A DNA stretch of 64,000 bases from Eledone cirrhosa (taxonomy: Eukaryota): positions 338,644,001 to 338,708,000 of the forward strand of contig OZ024743.1 in assembly GCA_964016885.1 (NCBI GenBank), in the 5' to 3' direction. This document shows positions 1 to 13,782 of the stretch, piece after piece. The translations under genes and the position numbers were made by a program. The notes below the pieces were generated by a model. The model was given only the letters and a program-made list of their open reading frames with translations. It was not told the DNA's origin and searched no databases. The stretch's first letter is position 1; every line of letters begins with the position of its first letter.

Positions 1-3000
1 CTCGTAGCACGAAGTGAAAATATACAAAAAGAGGGGGAAATTTTTAAATCGAGCACATTTCGCATGCCGGAAGATTTGGTTCTGGTGCGAATGTCGATCG
101 ATTTATTCAAAGAAATACGAGACAGCTTTCCTCGGGACGTGGGAACCCCGAACGTAAAACCCACTTCAAGACTTTTAAAGGGGTTCCCAAAAGAAACCCC
201 ACCAACTATGGAGGTCGAACAACCCGACCTTCACAAGAGCCCGGAAGGTAAGTAAACCTTCCTCTCTCTCTCTTTTTAACCTGCCAACATGGCCGTATTA
301 AGAGTAGGATGTTTAAATGTTCGATGCCTCAAAACGTCCTGGAAGCAGGGTCACCTGCTCAACGACCTCAGGTCTATAGAAATGGATGTAATTGCCGTCA
401 GCAAGACCAGGATTTCCGACACAAGCGCACTAGCCCCCATTTTCGACGACTATCAGATCTTTTCATCTGTTAGACGGCCGGGAATGGGAGGCGGGGTGGA
501 AGTGCTGTTTAGGAAAGGCCTGGATCTCGGGTAAGGTCGATCTTCCGGGATCCGGGTGGGAAGTTGGTGGTCCTGGACGTGAACAATAACGAAGGTGGTG
601 CCTTTAGACTGGTGGCCTACTGGGGCAGGACGGCCGGACTTCTTTAGACGCCTGAAAGCCTTTCTGGGTACGTCTCGCCCTTTACTGTTAGCGGGGGAAT
701 GGAACGGAATCTTAGACGCACGCTGGGATTGTGTGGGAGTATCCGATAGGAGCGGGGGGTGCAAAAGCCTCAAAAACCTGATCAGCCAGTTCCAACTGTT
801 TTACAGGTACTGACTAGATTTCCCTAATGCGCCAGTGTGGACCTGGGCTAACCGCATATGGTCATCTAGATCGTATAGACAGGATATTCATTAGGAAAAT
901 AGACAGAAATAGTGTAAGCTGTCCACGTTTTGAAACGGTCGCCTATTCAGATCACAAGTTTGTGATCTGTATGGTCGACCTAGATAAGACGCGTAGGTTA
1001 GGACCGGATTACTGGAAGCTAAACATGTCATTTCCGGCACGTCACTTACAGGGACCAGGTCAACAATTTAGTTAAGAAAAAGTTGACAGGGGGAGTCGTC
1101 AACAACAGATGGTGGGGGGCTCCCAAAAGAGAGATTAGAGTAATGTCGATAGAGTTTAGCATAGTAGCGTTAGAGAAAAATAGAAAGGAGGGGGAGTTGG
1201 TAGATAAGTTAGACGAGGCTATTGGTAGTGGCATTGCAACTGACGTGCTAGCGGCGAGATTGGCTTTAGACCATTTCTTCAATTCGAAACATGAAGGTTG
1301 CATTGTCAGAGCTAAGGCGCGTGCTCTGAGAAACGAGGGAACCAAAGCTGTTCGATGGGCCCGCGTGGCAGAGGCGCAGCGTGATAATAAAACCACGATT
1401 CGGTCTTTGACGGACCGATACGGGCAGGAGCTGAGCGATTCCAAGAGGATGTGTGAGGCCTTTCGCCAACATTTTGCTCGGTTGTTCGGGGGAAGTGGTG
1501 GGTCAGGATGGTGGTGGACTTCAGTCCCTACCTCGATGGCTTGCCGCAACTCTCGACGGCAGACGCTGGGCGCTGCGAAAGGCCAATTACTTCAGCCGAG
1601 ATTCAGGATGCCCTTGTCGGCTGCATGAGGCGCAAGTCACCCGGTTTGGATGGTCTGCCCTACGAGCTTTACGTAAATATGCCAGACTTGTTCTCCAATC
1701 TCCTCGAAGCCCCCTACTGCAACTGGAAGCAAAACGGGAGTATTCCCAGTTCTGTGAGCCGGGGCGTAGTGATGCTGATAAGGAAAGACGAGAACAAGAG
1801 GGACACATTAGACAATTTCAGGCCCATAACTCTGCTCAACACAGAGTTTAAGATTTTGGCCAGGGTGTTAGCGAAGAGGTTGGCGCTTGTCGTCGGGGAT
1901 TTTGTTGGGGAGGCGCAAACTTGCGCAATCCCAGCCAGGTCCATACACGATAACCTCCACCTAATGAGATACATCATAGAGAGGGTAGGGTGTAAACCTG
2001 GCTTCGATGGGGCACTGATCAATTTAGATCAATCGAAAGCATTCGATAAGGTCGACCATCGGTACCTGGAGGCTGTCCTCAAGGCGGCTGGCTTCGGCCC
2101 CGTCTTCAGAAGCTGGATCGCTGCAAGGCACAGCGGCACCTGCTCGATGGTCAAAATTAATGGCCACCTCTCGGAACCGTTTCAGGTCTCCCGATCGGTC
2201 TGTCAAGGGTGCCTCTCTCCTCCCTTCTGTACGTATTGACTCACGAGCCTTTACTGCGGAAGCTGGAGCTGTTGCAGGGCATCCCGCTCGAACCGGGGCC
2301 CGGAAAGGCTGTGTCGGCTTATGCGGGCGACATCACCGTGATGGTGTCGGACACCTCAGAAATCGAGGTGGTCGGCAATTTATTGGAGGAATATGAAAGG
2401 TTGACGGGAGCAAAACTTAACCCGGAAAAGTCGGTGGGCTTGCAACTCGGCACCTGGAGAGGCAAGTCCAACAGCGTCGTTAGGCGCTGGACGGACGGAC
2501 CTGTAAAATTGCTAGGGGTTTGGTTCGGGCCAGACCTCCAGGTGGATAAGAATTGGGACGAGGTGACGGGCAGGGTAGCCAGTCTCACCCATAAATGGGC
2601 TGGGATGAAGCTATCACTGAAAGGTCGGGCGGAGTGGCGAACGCGTACAGCGCGTCCGTCATCTACTACCGTCTGACCATCGTCCCTTGCCCCCGTTCGC
2701 GCCTCGCCATCTTGGAGCGGCTCCTCTTCAAATTCTTGTGGAGGCGTCAGGTTCCGCTGGTGAGGCGGTCCATCTGCTGCCAGCATCCTCTACGTGGAGG
2801 GCTGGGCATGCCATGGCTAATGATGCGCAGGCACGCGCTGAGGCTGCGGCATCTCCAGATATTCTGCCTAAACGGTGAACAGGTGTGGTCGCCGTTTGTC
2901 AGACGAGCCTTTCCGCAGCTCGTTTCTTTGACTGAGCTGAAGTCCTGGGTCAAGAAGAGACCGAGACTGGGTGACTGGCATCTGGAATGTTGCCAGGCAC

Positions 3001-3975
3001 TCACTGCCCTCTACCAGGCGGGAAATGCGGTCAGTGGAACTTCCACTCTCGAGTTCTATAGAAGATTAGTGGTGGGAAAGTGCGACGACGCACTCGGAGA
3101 GGCCCTGGGAGTCAACGAAGTCGAACTAACCAGTCTGTACCGGAGGACTTTCGAGCCGAGGACGATGGATAACTTCCAAAAATCCCTCGCTTGGCAGTGC
3201 TACCGGAGGGTACTGCCGGTTCGAGATAAACTCTACAGGCACGGAAGTGCTGTCAGACGTAACTGCCCGAGATGCGCGCAGAGCGACGAAACCGTTCTGC
3301 ACGCACTCGTCCAGTGTCCGTGCATTACTGACTTGTGGAGTTATGTTGAACAGCTGTTGTCGCGTGTAGAACGGATCCGGCTATCGGCCGAGTCCATAGT
3401 GAAGATCGACCCGACGCCTTCTTTTGGCCAGGAAGGGCAGGCAATTTTCCTCTGTCTGGTGGCAGTAGCGAAAGAGGTTGTATGGTGGACGAGGTTGAAA
3501 GGACTGAAGACAGACACTTTTCTCTTCGGCCAATCCCTCATCAACTTTTTCAAGTTTCACTTGGAAAGGAAGGTGAGGGTGGAGAGAGAAGTGCTGCCCC
3601 CCCCCCCCCCAGTACATTTGCTGAAAGGTGGGTGAATGTGGCGATAATGGCCCGTGTGAGTGGGCCTACTCTGGTCATGCGGCTGTAGGTAGGTAAGTTT
3701 GAGAAGGAGAGGGGTGCCCTTCCAGGGTGCTCTCGAAGCGTCGGGTCGTTCAGGACTGGTGGGGTACCTGAGCGAACCCTGGGTGGTCATCCCCTCTATT
3801 GGGGAATTTTTTCTTGTTGTAATTTTATTGTTACTTTGTTATTGTTACTTTGTTATTGTTACTTTGTTATTGTGATTCATATTGTTTACTCGATTTTTCT
3901 GTAAAACCCCACTGTCCCAGTCTTTTGTATTGTCATCTATATGTTGGCCCTTGTGGCCAATAAATGAAATCATTA
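1..3975 (+). mobile_element. Tx1/L1-clade non-LTR retrotransposon copy 1 (ORF1 3' end, frameshifted ORF2, 3' UTR)
   Basis: ORF1 tail 64-255; ORF2 pieces give APE endonuclease, RT and C-terminal zinc finger; AATAAA at about 3959 followed by (ATT)n. Confidence 0.9.
289..3688 (+). pseudogene. Disrupted ORF2: APE endonuclease + reverse transcriptase + CCHC zinc finger
   Basis: LRVGCLNVR, GEWNGILD, RIDRIF, YSDH (APE); KSPGLDG, NFRPITLLNTEFKIL, LDQSKAFDKVDH, CQGCxLS, YAGD (mutated YADD); CPRC..ETVLHALVQC; several frameshifts and stops. Confidence 0.9.
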
Positions 3976-4659
3976 TTATTATTATTATTATTGCTGATTT
4001 TTTTATTTCTTTAATTTGTTTAATTATTTGCTCTCGAGTCACAAATAATAGGGGGAGAATACACGGGATAGGGGTGGGGAATCGGTAATTTTTCAATCGG
4101 TAATTTTTTTAGTTTACATATTGAAACCGCAAATCCATCCTATTTATTTTATAACGTATGGGATTTCTATTAATGCACTTTTTTGTCATGTATAATGGGT
4201 TTTTTTTTTATGTATAAAGAAAATTGTAGCAGAAATGCTACCACTTAAAATAAAATTTCGCCGGAGATAGATTAACAAAATTTGATACGAGGGGCGGGTG
4301 GAATAAAAACGGGGAGAATGGGTTAGAAAAAGTTTGAAAAATTAATGTGTGGGTGGGTGGGGGGGGTGGGGGGGTATTCGAGACCCAAGCGTTTCTATTC
4401 AATTAGTTGAGGATGGTGGAGGTAGAGCGACGCATTTATTCTGAAAGCCACCGTCTTCAAAGTTGTGCATGACAGAAACTGATATGAGCATCGAATGTCA
4501 TTTGATTTTCATCTTTATGTTATCCTATGAGGGTTGTGATGTTCCAAGTTCCAATTTTCAAAGTTTGCTCCTTCCGAACCCACTTTGGGGTCTCGGGATA
4601 TGCAATCTTTGTGCGTCCATCCCACGCCTCCTAAGAGAGGTTGCAGGCCCACCGCAGGT

Positions 4660-4880
4660 TTTTACGGCATAAAATTAACAAAACCAACCAGTAGGAGACC
4701 CAGGGGTAGACCCCAAGCAAGATGGTTGGATAACATCCATGAGGTCGGCTGGTCTCGCTTGGGGATCCATCCGGATCAGTTGGAAACGGTTGCTTCTGAC
4801 ATGACCCGCCGGAAGGAGTTTTTGAGGACTCTGCCCCCACGACTCTCTCAGAAATATGTGGGCGAAGAAGAAGAAGAAGA
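4660..4880 (+). mobile_element. RTE-clade LINE 3' fragment
   Basis: KPTSRRPRGRPQARWLDNI C-terminal motif and (GAA)n tail; similar to the minus-strand copy at 53260-53600. Confidence 0.7.
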
Positions 4881-5023
4881 TCTTTACGTTATCTGTATGT
4901 CGATCGATCTAGGTATCGTTTATCTATCTCTCCATCTATATATGCGTCTACCTGTTAGTCTATCTATCCATCGATCTATCTTTTTTCCCTTTTACCTATC
5001 TATCTATCTATCTATCGACCGGA

Positions 5024-5207
5024 GATGAGGGTTGCACATTTTTTTCGGGGGTCTGTGTTACCCATATAAACTGTCTCCCTCTATTGGGGAAATCGACTAA
5101 CTTTTAAATTCCATCTGTGATAACATTTTACACGTTTTTATTGTATGTAAACTTCCCCCTTTGTATTTGTCCCCTTCTTTTGTGCCCCTGTGGCTAATAA
5201 AGAAATA
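5024..5207 (+). mobile_element. Severely 5'-truncated Tx1-family insertion (3' UTR only) with 15-bp TSD
   Basis: Resembles the 3' UTR at 8420-8630; TATCTATCGACCGGA at 5009-5023 and 5208-5222. Confidence 0.75.
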
Positions 5208-5224
5208 TATCTATCGACCGGACG

Positions 5225-8200
5225 TGCGATAGATCGTCGGTAACCTTTTGTAAAATTTTCTATACAAAAACAGAATTTATTGTGTGAAAATTTATTAACA
5301 CCCTGGCTGAATTGTCAGCTGAGTGGTAATCTCAGTTTTCGCCCCACAGAGGCAGAAATTTTATTTGAAAAATTTTCAAAATATTTAATATTTTTGCTAT
5401 CGATAATGGCTAGCTTAGTAGAAGCAACGCTAGCGAACGCTGACGAAGAAAGTAGAGAGAGAAAGGCAGAGAGTAACGTTGCCGCAACTTCTGCCTACAT
5501 AGCGTCACTATGGAGACAAAAAGTGACAACAAAGTTTTGTTTTGCCAAGAAGCCAAAAAATGCAACTTACAAGATGGACCACACAGCTTACAACAGACAT
5601 CAAAAACCACAAAAAATGAAACAATTGACACAACTACAAATGGAAAAAACCGACAACCACAACAACAACACCAAAAAAATAACTTTTACAGAAACAGTCA
5701 CAAATAATAATAACTGTTTCTACTTTTGGCACAAGGCCAGCAATTACCCAGTGTATTACTGGTACTTTATTTTATCGACCCTGTAAGTCACAAATAATAA
5801 TAACGTTACCTCAAACTCCGTATGTATTGGCGTCACCATGGAAGCCAATATGGACAACAAAAATAAAAACAAGATCGAACCACACAGTGTACAACAGACA
5901 CCAAAAAACAACAGAAAAAAAACAACAGAAAATAAAACCATTGACACAACTAAAAACGGAAAAACCGACAACCACAACAACAACAATAACAACAACACCA
6001 AAAAATAACTTTTGCGTAAATAGTCACCAAGAAACAAGAGTTCAAGGATCTCGAAATCTCCAATGCGAGACAGAGGCTCTCTGAAGCAAAGGATTTTATC
6101 ACTTTCGGTGAAAACAGTGGGTTTCAAATAAACTCACCCCCAGAATTCGTCTTGAAACATTTCGAAGGACAGTTACCTTCAGAACTGTTTCAAATGAAAC
6201 AAAACAACCAACATACCTCAGTTAAGGGGAAATTGAGGCAACTTTGAAGGAGATATTGCCAAACACTGACTTTATGCAGAGGGCCAAACAGTACGGGAGT
6301 ATTTCGGTACTCCTCAAAAGCGAGGCCCTTGCACAAAGATACTCAGTGACGCTAATACTGTCAAAAAAATACACCTTCTTCCCTACATACCTGGAAAAAG
6401 GGACGCAGAAAATCAGAATTACAAACATACCACCATATATTAATATTTGGTGGATATTGGCAGGATTTTTAGAGGAGGGAAAAGACACCATTCTCTCCAT
6501 CAAAAAGTCAACCAGACACACGTGGTCTGGTACAAATTTGGAGATTCTGGTGCAAATGAGCCCGGAGAGAATCTCCAAAATACCCGACAACACCAGCCAC
6601 ATAAGAATTTCGGTTGAAGGATGAAAACCTCATTGCTTTCGTTGTAATAGCACCACACATCTAAAGGCCTCTTGCCCTTTACAAACACGCTCAAACAAAA
6701 CAATCCAAAAGAAAACACTGTTACCAACACCAACGCCAAAACAACCACCAACACCACAACAACAACACACGAAACAAGAAAACACACCAAAACAAACAGC
6801 CACTCAACCAACAACAACAGAAAAAACACAGACAACACCCCTGAAGTATACAGCCCCACTCCATCCCACTCCATCAAACACTACCACAAACACACACACC
6901 GAAACACCACCACCACACAACATGCCCCTACCCCACACTCCTGACGATGATTATTCAGCAACAGATGAGGCTGCTTCTCCTTCTTTAAGTGAAGAAGAAG
7001 GAGAACCTCGGAAATCCAAAAAACAAAACAAGAGACACCACAAAACCCCCTAAGCTCCAATCACCAACACCAACACACAACCACAAACACAAACAATAAC
7101 ACAAACAACACCACAGTCAAACATCCCCCTACCAGCAAAACCAACACCAACACCACCCCAAACAAGCACCCACCATAAAAAGAAACCTCCCGAACGAACA
7201 ACAAACAATAACAACACAACAAAAACACAAACAACAATACGCATACATCAACACAAACAACAAGAGTTTCATGCAGGTAATCTCCAAAAACCCCAAGGTG
7301 GAGACGGGGGGCAAAACTTTCGTTAAAGCAGAATCATACCTTAAACTTATAAGGGTTTCTATGGAGACCTATAGTGACCTGAAGAATACATTTTCGCAGG
7401 ACGTGGGCAACCCATGCCAGAAACCCATCAACCGAATCCTGTTAAAATGTTTCCCCACCCCACCCAACACCCCCTCCAGCACCCAAATGGGGATTGAACA
7501 ACCCGATCTCCAGGAAACGAAAAGGTAAGTGCACCTTTTCGTCCTTTTTCGCCAACTCTTTTCCACCAACATGGCTAGTTTACGAGTTGGAACCGTGAAT
7601 GTGCGTGGTCTGGGGATGCCCTGGAAACAGGGCCAACTTTTAAACGACCTTAGGTCACACGGTATGGATGTGATAGCCATCACCGAGTCCAGGATACACA
7701 ACAGGCAGCAACTAACCCCCATCTTCAATGACTTTGAGATATACGCATCTCTCTATCAGCCAGGAGGTGGAGGGGGTGTGACTGAGCATGGAGGAAAACG
7801 AACTGGCCAACCTGTTCGGTAGGACATTCAGCCCGGGACCTATGGATAACTTCCAGAGGTCCCTGGCCTGGCAATGCTGTCGAGGGGCTCTGCCCGTTCG
7901 AGAAAGGCTCTACAGACACGGGCGCCCGGGTAGGGACCCCTCGAAAAAGATCTGTCCCAGATGCGTGTGCGACGAGGAAACCGTTGCACACGCATTGGTA
8001 CACTGCTCGGGCATTGCCGATCTGTGGGGCTATGTCGAACGACTGCTGTCACGGGTGGGACCGATCCGGTTGACCACCGAGTCTATTGTAACGATCAAGC
8101 CGCCTCCCCTCTTCAAAAACGAAGGAGAGGCGGTGTTTCTGTGCGTAATAGCCATGGTGAAAGAGGTTGTATGGTGGACGCGTCTGAAAGGACTGAGGTC

Positions 8201-8633
8201 AGACACCTTTCTCTCTGGCCAACAACTGGTCCGTTTCTTCCGATATCATTTCGGAAGAATGATCAGGATGGAGAGAGAGGTGCTGCACCCCAGCCGTTTT
8301 ATGAAAGATGGGTGAAAGTGGCGAGAATGGCCCGTGTGAATGGGCCTTCACTCTACATCAGACTGTAGGTGAGTAAGATGAAAGATCAAGGGAGCACCCT
8401 CTCTCTGTGCTCCTGAGGAGAAGGGTTGCACACTTTTTCGGGTATGTGTGCGACCGCCCAAGGCGCCTCCTCCCTATTGAGGATTTTGATATTCAATTTA
8501 TTTTTGTTATATTTTATATTTTATATTTTTATATTTTGTTATTGCCTCCTCCTTATTGAGGACGCCTTTTTATGTAAACTCCCCCATTGTACTTGTCCCA
8601 CTCTTTGACGCCCTGGTGGCAAATAAAAAAAAG
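5225..8633 (+). mobile_element. Tx1-like copy 2: degenerate Thr/Asn/Lys-rich ORF1 and internally deleted ORF2
   Basis: ORF1 end MGIEQPDLQETKR parallels copy 1 (MEVEQPDLHKS); MASLRVGTVNVR at 7571 is joined at about 7780 to the zinc-finger region (MDNFQRSLAWQC, CPRC..ETVAHALVHC); A-rich end at 8620-8632. Confidence 0.85.
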
Positions 8634-8689
8634 TTATCTATCTATCTGTTTATGCCTTTATTACATATCTATCTATTCTGGGATGGACA

Positions 8690-11158
8690 CACGCGTAAAA
8701 CTTGCTGGGTAAGTTCTGCCTAAATTTCTATAGAAATTCTTAACTGTGTACCTTCATTTTATACCAATTTGTAGTGGGACTGCCAGGTCAAATTTTGATT
8801 TGGTCAGTCTCTCAAAATATTCTACCCCTTTAGGCGAAATAGTTCATAAAATTTTTTTGGGGAAAAACTAACATTTTTTTTTAAATGGCCACAGCTTCTT
8901 CACCAACATTCGAAGGAGGAAAGGGGAAGATATGCTTACAGCTTCCCCCTGCCACTGTCATAGTAGCAGATGTCTCAGACAAAGGTCAGCTAGAGGAAAG
9001 ATTTTGTTCACCTGCTAACCAACAACTTGACGTTGTCATGGCAACGAACCAAAACAAAAGTGTGAAACAATGAACAAAAACAACACAACCAGCGGCACCA
9101 GCAACAACAACAATGCTATGAACGAAAACAACACCAACAACAAGACCAATAACTGCAACCAGAAAGTAAACGACAAAATATCGTTTGCGCAAACCGTAAA
9201 GAAAACGGTAAGCTACACCCCGGTAGATATTTCAAATGCAAATAAGCTTTTGAATAACGCCAGACAGTAAATAACTTTTGAGGAGGACGGATCATGCTCC
9301 ATAAACTCTCCCCCATATTTGCGAAGAGAAACCGCCTTGAAAACTGTGGTTTGTAGGACAGTCTCAAGCAAAACCCGAAAACCGACTCAACTTTCACAAG
9401 GCGAAATTGAGTTGGTTTTAAAAGATGCCTTAAAAGACATTGTTTTCATTCAGAAGGGTAGACTCTACGGGAGTTTATCCTTCTGATGAAAGACCAATTG
9501 ACGGCACAGAAATATTCTGTGTCGCCAATTATGTCACCGCTGTTCACCTTTCACAGAAAATAAAAATCCACAATACCCACCAAATATTGATATTTGGTGG
9601 GTATTGTGGATTTTTAAACCTCGAAAAAGATTCAATAATATCGGTAGGTAAGTCCTCCGGCGACCTGTTCAGCGGAACTAGCCTGAAAATTCTGGTCCAA
9701 ATGACACCAGAACGAATAGCTAGGATCCCGGAACGTGTGCTGCTGGGTGGGCTGCTTAAGCAGGGGTCACATGAGAGCTTCCTGTCCTACACTACTGCCA
9801 ACACCTGCAACACCAGCACAACAATCACCACGACGACCACCACCACCACAACAACAACAACAACATAAAAAGATAGTGACAACAAAACAAACGACAAACA
9901 CAGTCCCAGCCAACCCCTCCCCACCTAAAACAACTCAAGAAACACCCACACACATAACAGCTCCTCAAAACGTACCCTCCCCAACAACACGGATGAGGCC
10001 TCATCATCGTCACCAGTGACGATGAGGGAGAGCCTTTCCTACCAGAAAAAGAAATAAGAAAGGACATAACACAAACAAAAATGCAACAAACACACAAACA
10101 CCAACACAAGCGACGCATACAGCACAAACAAAAACACCCCCTCCTGAAAACAAAACACCTACTACAAAACGTAAACACACACAAGAACCACAGACAAAAA
10201 GCAACTCAACACAACAAAAATGTTACACCTACATAAATACTAACAATACACCCCACCAAACATCTCTGTCCCCACCTCTCCAGAAACCACCACCCCACCA
10301 AACAACCCCTCCAACACCCCCATGGAAATTGTGCAGCCTGGTCCCCAGGAGACGAAGAGGTGAGTGATTTATTTTCCTCTTCTTTTAACTTTTCAGCACC
10401 AATATGGCCAATATAAGAGTTGGATGTGTGAATGCAGCCTGGAGATGCCCTAGAAACAGGGCAAACTCTTAAATGACCTCAAGTCGCACAGTATAGATGT
10501 AGTAGCCACTTGCGAGTCCAGGATCCACAGCGAGCGACAACTGGCCTCTGTCTTCGACGACTTTGAGATCTACGCATCTCTCTGTCAGCCGGGAGGTGGG
10601 GGTAGGTTTGCCGTTTTGCTGCGGAAACACCTGGACCTCGTAACACAGACGGTACATCTGGACCCGGAGGGCCGACTGGTGGTCCTAGACGTTGACGGTA
10701 GTGAAGGTGGAGCCTTCAGGCTGGTGGCTGCATATGTCGCATCCGGGACACCGCGGCCAGACTTCTGCAAACGTCTAGAGACTTTTCTGGGAACGTCCCG
10801 CTTCCTGCTGTTAGTGGTGGACTGGAATGGAATCCTAGATGCACGTTGGGACTATGTAGGCGCATGTCCCAATAGAGGGGGGTGTAACAGCCTCAAACAG
10901 TTAATCGGCCTATTTCAACTGGCTGTTAGATATCGACTAGATTTTCTAACTGTGCCACTGTGGACGTGGACCAACCACAGCGGAACATCTAGATCGTACC
11001 TAGATAGGTTTCTAGTTAGAGTTAGTGATAGAGTTAGTTAAGCTGCCCACAAATGTTCATGGTTGCCTATTCAGATCACAAACTAATGACCTGCTTAGTC
11101 AACCTTGACAGAACCCATAGACAGGGACCCGGCTACTTGAAGCTGAACTTGTCATTAC
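8690..11158 (+). mobile_element. Tx1-like copy 3: degenerate ORF1 and APE region, 3'-truncated
   Basis: ORF1 shares LEILVQMSPERI/LKILVQMTPERI with copy 2; APE motifs DWNGILD, SRSYLDRF, YSDH; cut at about 11158 by a fold-back element. Confidence 0.85.
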
Positions 11159-12108
11159 CGGGGCTTCTGTTCAAATGCGATTTGGTGCAGGAAAATAGGG
11201 GTTTATCTTATTTTTTGTTTCCTGCACCAAATCGCATTTGAACAGAAGCCCCCTCAATTCAATCTATACATGGACAGATGGACAATCATATGGATCATTT
11301 TACATATATGTACTCTGTGTTTTTGTATTTATTCACTATTGGCTCTGTTCTTTTCTTTTCTTTTGTGTACTTTATGTCTGTTTTTTTTTATTCTGTTCCA
11401 TGTGATGGAAATTATGACCGTGTAACAGATTGACTAATGCCTTGAACCATGTGGCTTGCCCTCCGTTATAATGTACGGCACTGTCGTTAAATATGTGGAT
11501 AGAGTAACTGTAACACTAGAATCCCTCCCAGAACTTATTACTTAAACATCTCTCTCCATATTATTAACTCACTTCAATCTATATTTTTACTCAATCCGAA
11601 TTATCACTTGAAAAAAATGTTTGAATTCAGAATTTTTTAATTGTTTAATTTATAATCTCTGATATTTGATTTAGAATTTTAACTTTTAATTTTTATTTTT
11701 ATTTCCAACTCTCACTCTTAACTTACAATGTAAAACCATAGTACCTAGAATTAAGTTTATTTTCCCTTATGAGTTGATGGTCAGTCTTACTGTCAACGCT
11801 TAGTGAAAGGTAGTATTATGACCTATAAAAACTAACACCCTCCCATCCCCTCTGGCTTTCGGCTGACTGCCACAGTAGTGATGGGTAGCAGTAAACTTTG
11901 GCAGGGCATAGGTGGGCCACTGAGAGCGAATTTCGTTGAAATCTGCGGTGCTAATGGTCAACTTCCTTCGGACATGCGCTTGCGCAGACCGGTGGGGGTG
12001 AATTGGTACTCACAAGGGAACGGATGAAAAACCCAAAAGCACGAACTTCATCTGTTCCCATGTCGATTCAATTTGGATTGCCTCGGAAACAACCTTATTA
12101 TGTAACAA

Positions 12109-12182
12109 GCTGTCTGATGATGACACGACACTCGCACACAGAACAGTGTGGCCAGTGTCGTCATTGAAATATATATCACAGC
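12109..12182 (+). ncRNA. Type I hammerhead ribozyme
   Basis: GCTGT-CTGATGA-TGAC(AC)GACACT...AGTGTCGTCATT-GAAA-TATATA-TC^ACAGC; stem I GCTGT/ACAGC; palindromic helix III. Confidence 0.85.
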
Positions 12183-12199
12183 ATTATTATTAAAGGACT

Positions 12200-12384
12200 G
12201 GCAGGTGGATTGGCAGTATCGGTAGAGGGTCGGACGTCATGCTTTCCAGCATAGTTACGTCCCTTTACGATCTGAGTTCAAATCCAGCCGAGGTTAACTT
12301 TGCCTTTCATCCTTACGGGGTCGATAAAATAAAGTACCAGTAATGCACTGGGTAATTTCTGGCCTTGTGCTAATAGTAGAAACA
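12200..12384 (+). mobile_element. tRNA-derived SINE with 14-bp TSD
   Basis: A-box-like TGGCAGTATCGGTAGAG and B-box-like GAGTTCAAATCC; TSD ATTATTAAAGGACT; absent from the duplicate unit at about 13665. Confidence 0.85.
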
Positions 12385-13585
12385 ATTATTAAAGGACTTG
12401 AACATCTGAAACTACTTCGCTTTTCCTTATTCGATATTTACTCCGTCACTCCTATGTGGGAAAAGTACGTTGAGTGCTTGAATTGAATTGCATCAATGTT
12501 TACCCTGATAATTTAGCTCCGATTAGTTGAGCGCTCTATGATGTAACCGATATGGTGGAGAAGAGAGGAACCAACCAAGAGCTACCCCGGAAATTCCCTC
12601 TACCACGGGGATGAAAACTCCTGACACTGGACGGGCGTAATAGTAACTTTCGGCTGGATAAATACGCGGAAACATAAAATAAGATAAACCCCTATTTTCC
12701 TGCACCAAATCGCATTTGAACAGAAGCCCCCTCAATTCAATCTATACATGGACAGATGGACAATCATATGGATCATTTTACATATATGTACTCTGTGTTT
12801 TTGCATTTATTCACTATTGGTTCTGTTCTTTTCTTTTCTTTTGTGTACTTTATGTCTGTTTCTTTTATTCTGTTCCATGTGATGGAAATTATGACCGTGT
12901 AACAGATTGACTAATGCCTTGAACCATGTGGTTTGCCCTCCGTTATGATGTACGGCACTGTCGTTAAATATGTGGATAGAGTAACTGTAACACTAGAATC
13001 CCTCCCAGAACTTATTACTTAAACATCTCTCTCCATATTATTAACTCACTTCAATCTATATTTTTACTCAATCCGAATTATCACTTGAAAAAAATGTTTG
13101 AATTCAGAATTTTTGAATTGTTTAATTTATAATCTCTGATATTTGATTTAGGATTTTAACTTTTAATTTTTATTTTTATTTCCAACTCTCACTCTTAACT
13201 TACAATGTAAAACCATAGTACCTAGAATTAAGTTTATTTTCCCTTATGAGTTGATGGTCAGTCTTACTGTCAACGCTTAGTGAAAGGTAGTATTATGACC
13301 TATAAAAACTAACACCCTCCCATCCCCTCTGGCTTTCGGCTGACTGCCACAGTAGTGATGGATAGCAGTAAACTTTGGCAGGGCATAGGTGGGCCACTGA
13401 CAGCGAATTTCGTTGAAATCTGCGGTGCTAATGGTCAACTTCCTTCGGACAGGCGCTTGCGCAGACCGGTGGGGGTGAATTGGTACTCACAAGGGAACGG
13501 ATGAAAAACCAAAAAGCACGAACTTCATCCGTTCCCATGTCGATTCAATTTGGATTGCCTCGGAAACAACCTTATTATGTAACAA

Positions 13586-13659
13586 GCTGTCTGATGATGA
13601 CACGACACTCGCACACAGAACAGTGTGGCCAGTGTCGTCATTGAAATATATATCACAGC
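13586..13659 (+). ncRNA. Type I hammerhead ribozyme (duplicate of 12109-12182)
   Basis: Same CTGATGA...GAAA TATATATC^ACAGC motif. Confidence 0.85.
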
Positions 13660-13782
13660 ATTATTATTAAAGGACTTGAACATCTGAAACCACTTCGCTT
13701 TTCCTTATTCGATATTTACTCCGACACTCCTATGTGGAAAAAGTACGTTGAGTGCTTGAATTGAATTGCATCAATGTTTACC

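Noticed and set aside
453-3790. Antisense ORFs over the Tx1 ORF2
   Set aside because: Shadow frames of GC-rich coding sequence
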